Made by a program: the position numbers and the translations under genes | Shown: positions 61,938 through 64,000 of the stretch, in pieces | Numbering within the stretch: the stretch's first letter is position 1 | Layout of the letters: every line of letters starts with the position of its first letter | Source of the DNA: an uncultured Methanosarcinaceae archaeon | Lineage (GTDB): Archaea > Halobacteriota > Methanosarcinia > Methanosarcinales > Methanosarcinaceae | Length of the DNA: 64,000 bases | Direction of reading: 5' to 3' | Assembly: GCA_963847185.1 (NCBI GenBank) | Contig: CAWJYV010000007.1 | Coordinates: 608,001-672,000 of the forward strand | Notes under the pieces: generated by a model | What the model saw: the letters and a program-made list of their open reading frames with translations, nothing else | Databases searched by the model: none | What the model was told of the DNA's origin: nothing

Positions 61938-64000
61938 ATGCGGCAAATAATACAAAGATTCATAACTGTTTTTTTATTAATTTTTGCATTAAATCTGATG
62001 ACTGTAGGGAGTGGAGCAGCTATTGCAATTTATGTGAATAACAGCACGGATCCTGTTGCAGATTTCACCTCGATCCAGGCTGCGGTAAATGCTGCAAACT
62101 CTGGAGACGAAATTATTGTCAAACCCGGTACTTATGTGGAAAATCTCAATATCACCAAGAACCTGACTATTGCTTCTGAATCTGGAAATTCTTCAGACAC
62201 TATAATTCAGGCAGCAAAGAGCTCTGAGGACATTTTTACTGTCATGGCAAACGGTGTAAGCATTAAAGGTTTTACTATAAGCGGTTCCACTTACTCTGGA
62301 ATACACTTTTTCGGAGTTACTAATTGCCTTGTTCAAAATAATAATTTATCAAATAATAGCTGTAGTATCGATTTGTGCCAGTTCAGTTCAGGTAATACGC
62401 TGGATAACAATAACATTACGGACAGTATGACCGGCATCAGCCTTGGAGACAGCTGGTATAATATCCTGAGTAATAATTCAATATCAAATTGCACAAATGG
62501 AATTTCACTTTTTGATTCCACAAATAATATCCTGAACAATAGCCTCATATCTAAAAATGTCGAAGGTATTTCTCTAATAGGGGAGTCAAGCAGTAACACT
62601 CTGATAAACAATACTCTATATTCTAATGAAATTGTGGGGTTGAATGTATACGAGACTTCTGACAACCTAATCTACAATAATTATTTCAGTAACACTCTGA
62701 ATGTACAATCAGAACTTGTTTCAGGAGCAAACGTCTGGAATTCCACTAAAATTGAAGGGACTAACATAGTTGGCGGCCCATATCTGGGAGGGAATTTCTG
62801 GGCAAGACCTGATGGCACTGTATATCCTGAGGGAATTAAGGATACTGACCTTGACGGTATTTTTGATGTGCAATATAATATTGAAGGAAACGAATTCATA
62901 GATTTCCTCCCTCTTAAAGAATCGAAGCCTACGACAGTTACTGTAAATAATAGTTCAGCTGACAATAGTACAGATCAGGCTGCGGATTTCACTTCCATCC
63001 AGGCTGCTGTAGACAACTCTTTACCAGGAGATATAATTCTTGTTTCTCCGGGCGTATATAAGGAAAACGTCGATATATATGTAACAAATTTAACTGTCAT
63101 GTCTGAATCCGGAAATCCTGAAGATACAATAATTGAGGCAGCCATCAGTTCGGATGATGTTTTCTATGTTATCGCAGATGGGGTGACAATCAGTGGGCTT
63201 AGTTTAAAAGGACCCGTAAATTCTCCCTATTCCAAAATCCATCTTAATGGAATTAAGCATTGCCTTATCGAAAACAATCAACTTTCTGGTACTGATTCCA
63301 TAAATAATTCTGGAAATGATACCGTAAATAACTCTGAAAATTATTCAGGAAATGATTCAAATTCTGATTCGGGGTTTGGGATCCGTCTGGATTCTTCCAG
63401 CAGTAATATTCTGGGCAATAACTCGGTGTCAGGTAATGGAACCTCTATTCTCCTGAATAATTCCAGTGAAAATATTCTTGGCAATAACACTGCATCAAGC
63501 AATAATTTTGCTTTCTGGATAGATTCTTCTACCAATAATATGCTGGATACGAATAACGCATCAAATAGCAAAATAGGGTTCTATCTGAAAGCTTCCGTAG
63601 GGAACACGCTTAATAACAGTACGGTTCTAAATAATATTTATTCTGGGATCAGTCTGAGGAATTCTACAGAAAATGAACTGAGTAACTCTACAGTATTAAA
63701 TAACAATATCTCTATTTTTTTGCGTAATTCCAGCGGAAATTTGCTGAATGGGAACATAGTATCCAATAACAGTTATGGTATCTGGCTTTACTCTTCCAGC
63801 AATGATAATAATCTGACTAATAACATAGTATCAAATGGCAAAGTAGGTATTCATGTAAAAGACTCAAGTGGAAACGTACTGACAGCCAACGAGGCATCAA
63901 ACAGTACTATACATGGTATTAGTTTATGGGATTCTGTAGGGAACACTTTAAACGACAACAAAGGGTTGAATAACGGCGTCTCTGTCCTGATGTATAACTC
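61938..64000 (+). CDS. NosD / right-handed beta-helix surface protein, partial (runs off the window end)
   Basis: Open frame from ATG 61938: MRQIIQRF..signal..ADFTSIQAAVNAANSGDEIIVKPGTYVEN; IYNNYF; GGPYLGGNFWARPDG; second DFTSIQAAV unit. Absent from the ORF track. Confidence 0.9.
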   Translation, partial: MRQIIQRFITVFLLIFALNLMTVGSGAAIAIYVNNSTDPVADFTSIQAAVNAANSGDEIIVKPGTYVENLNITKNLTIASESGNSSDTIIQAAKSSEDIFTVMANGVSIKGFTISGSTYSGIHFFGVTNCLVQNNNLSNNSCSIDLCQFSSGNTLDNNNITDSMTGISLGDSWYNILSNNSISNCTNGISLFDSTNNILNNSLISKNVEGISLIGESSSNTLINNTLYSNEIVGLNVYETSDNLIYNNYFSNTLNVQSELVSGANVWNSTKIEGTNIVGGPYLGGNFWARPDGTVYPEGIKDTDLDGIFDVQYNIEGNEFIDFLPLKESKPTTVTVNNSSADNSTDQAADFTSIQAAVDNSLPGDIILVSPGVYKENVDIYVTNLTVMSESGNPEDTIIEAAISSDDVFYVIADGVTISGLSLKGPVNSPYSKIHLNGIKHCLIENNQLSGTDSINNSGNDTVNNSENYSGNDSNSDSGFGIRLDSSSSNILGNNSVSGNGTSILLNNSSENILGNNTASSNNFAFWIDSSTNNMLDTNNASNSKIGFYLKASVGNTLNNSTVLNNIYSGISLRNSTENELSNSTVLNNNISIFLRNSSGNLLNGNIVSNNSYGIWLYSSSNDNNLTNNIVSNGKVGIHVKDSSGNVLTANEASNSTIHGISLWDSVGNTLNDNKGLNNGVSVLMYN

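Noticed and set aside
62333-63571. Minus-strand ORFs at the window end
   Set aside because: Antisense to the long NosD-type CDS starting at 61938

Overview
Archaeal chromosomal window, most consistent with Methanosarcina (Rps17e, archaeal PyrH, PKD, PGF-pre-PGF and NosD surface proteins, DUF1673/DUF1724 families, Methanosarcina-type IS and MITEs). Housekeeping genes include pyrH, ribose-1,5-bisphosphate isomerase, rps17e-dapA-dapB, pyrBI, an HPS-RraA fusion, recQ, a Kef antiporter, maf, cysS, class II lysS and an Lhr helicase. The accessory parts are more interesting. (1) A tandemly duplicated three-gene cell-surface cassette (8.9-18.2 kb) is followed by GalE, DUF1616 and a CPBP protease. Its two large surface proteins carry different inserts at the same position: (DDGSGG)14 in one and a 27-Cys triple repeat with three CxxCH motifs in the other. 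(2) A probably leaderless, operator-controlled Cys-HTH regulator heads an array of GWCP-motif (DUF1673) membrane proteins. (3) An IS701-family element with a 5-bp target duplication splits a membrane-protein gene, and a MITE elsewhere has the same terminal repeats. (4) There are decayed MNT-HEPN and HicB toxin-antitoxin genes, an IS4 remnant and an IS605/TnpB-type right end. (5) The HPS fusion appears to need a non-canonical start codon. All family assignments come from motif recognition by eye; no searches were run.
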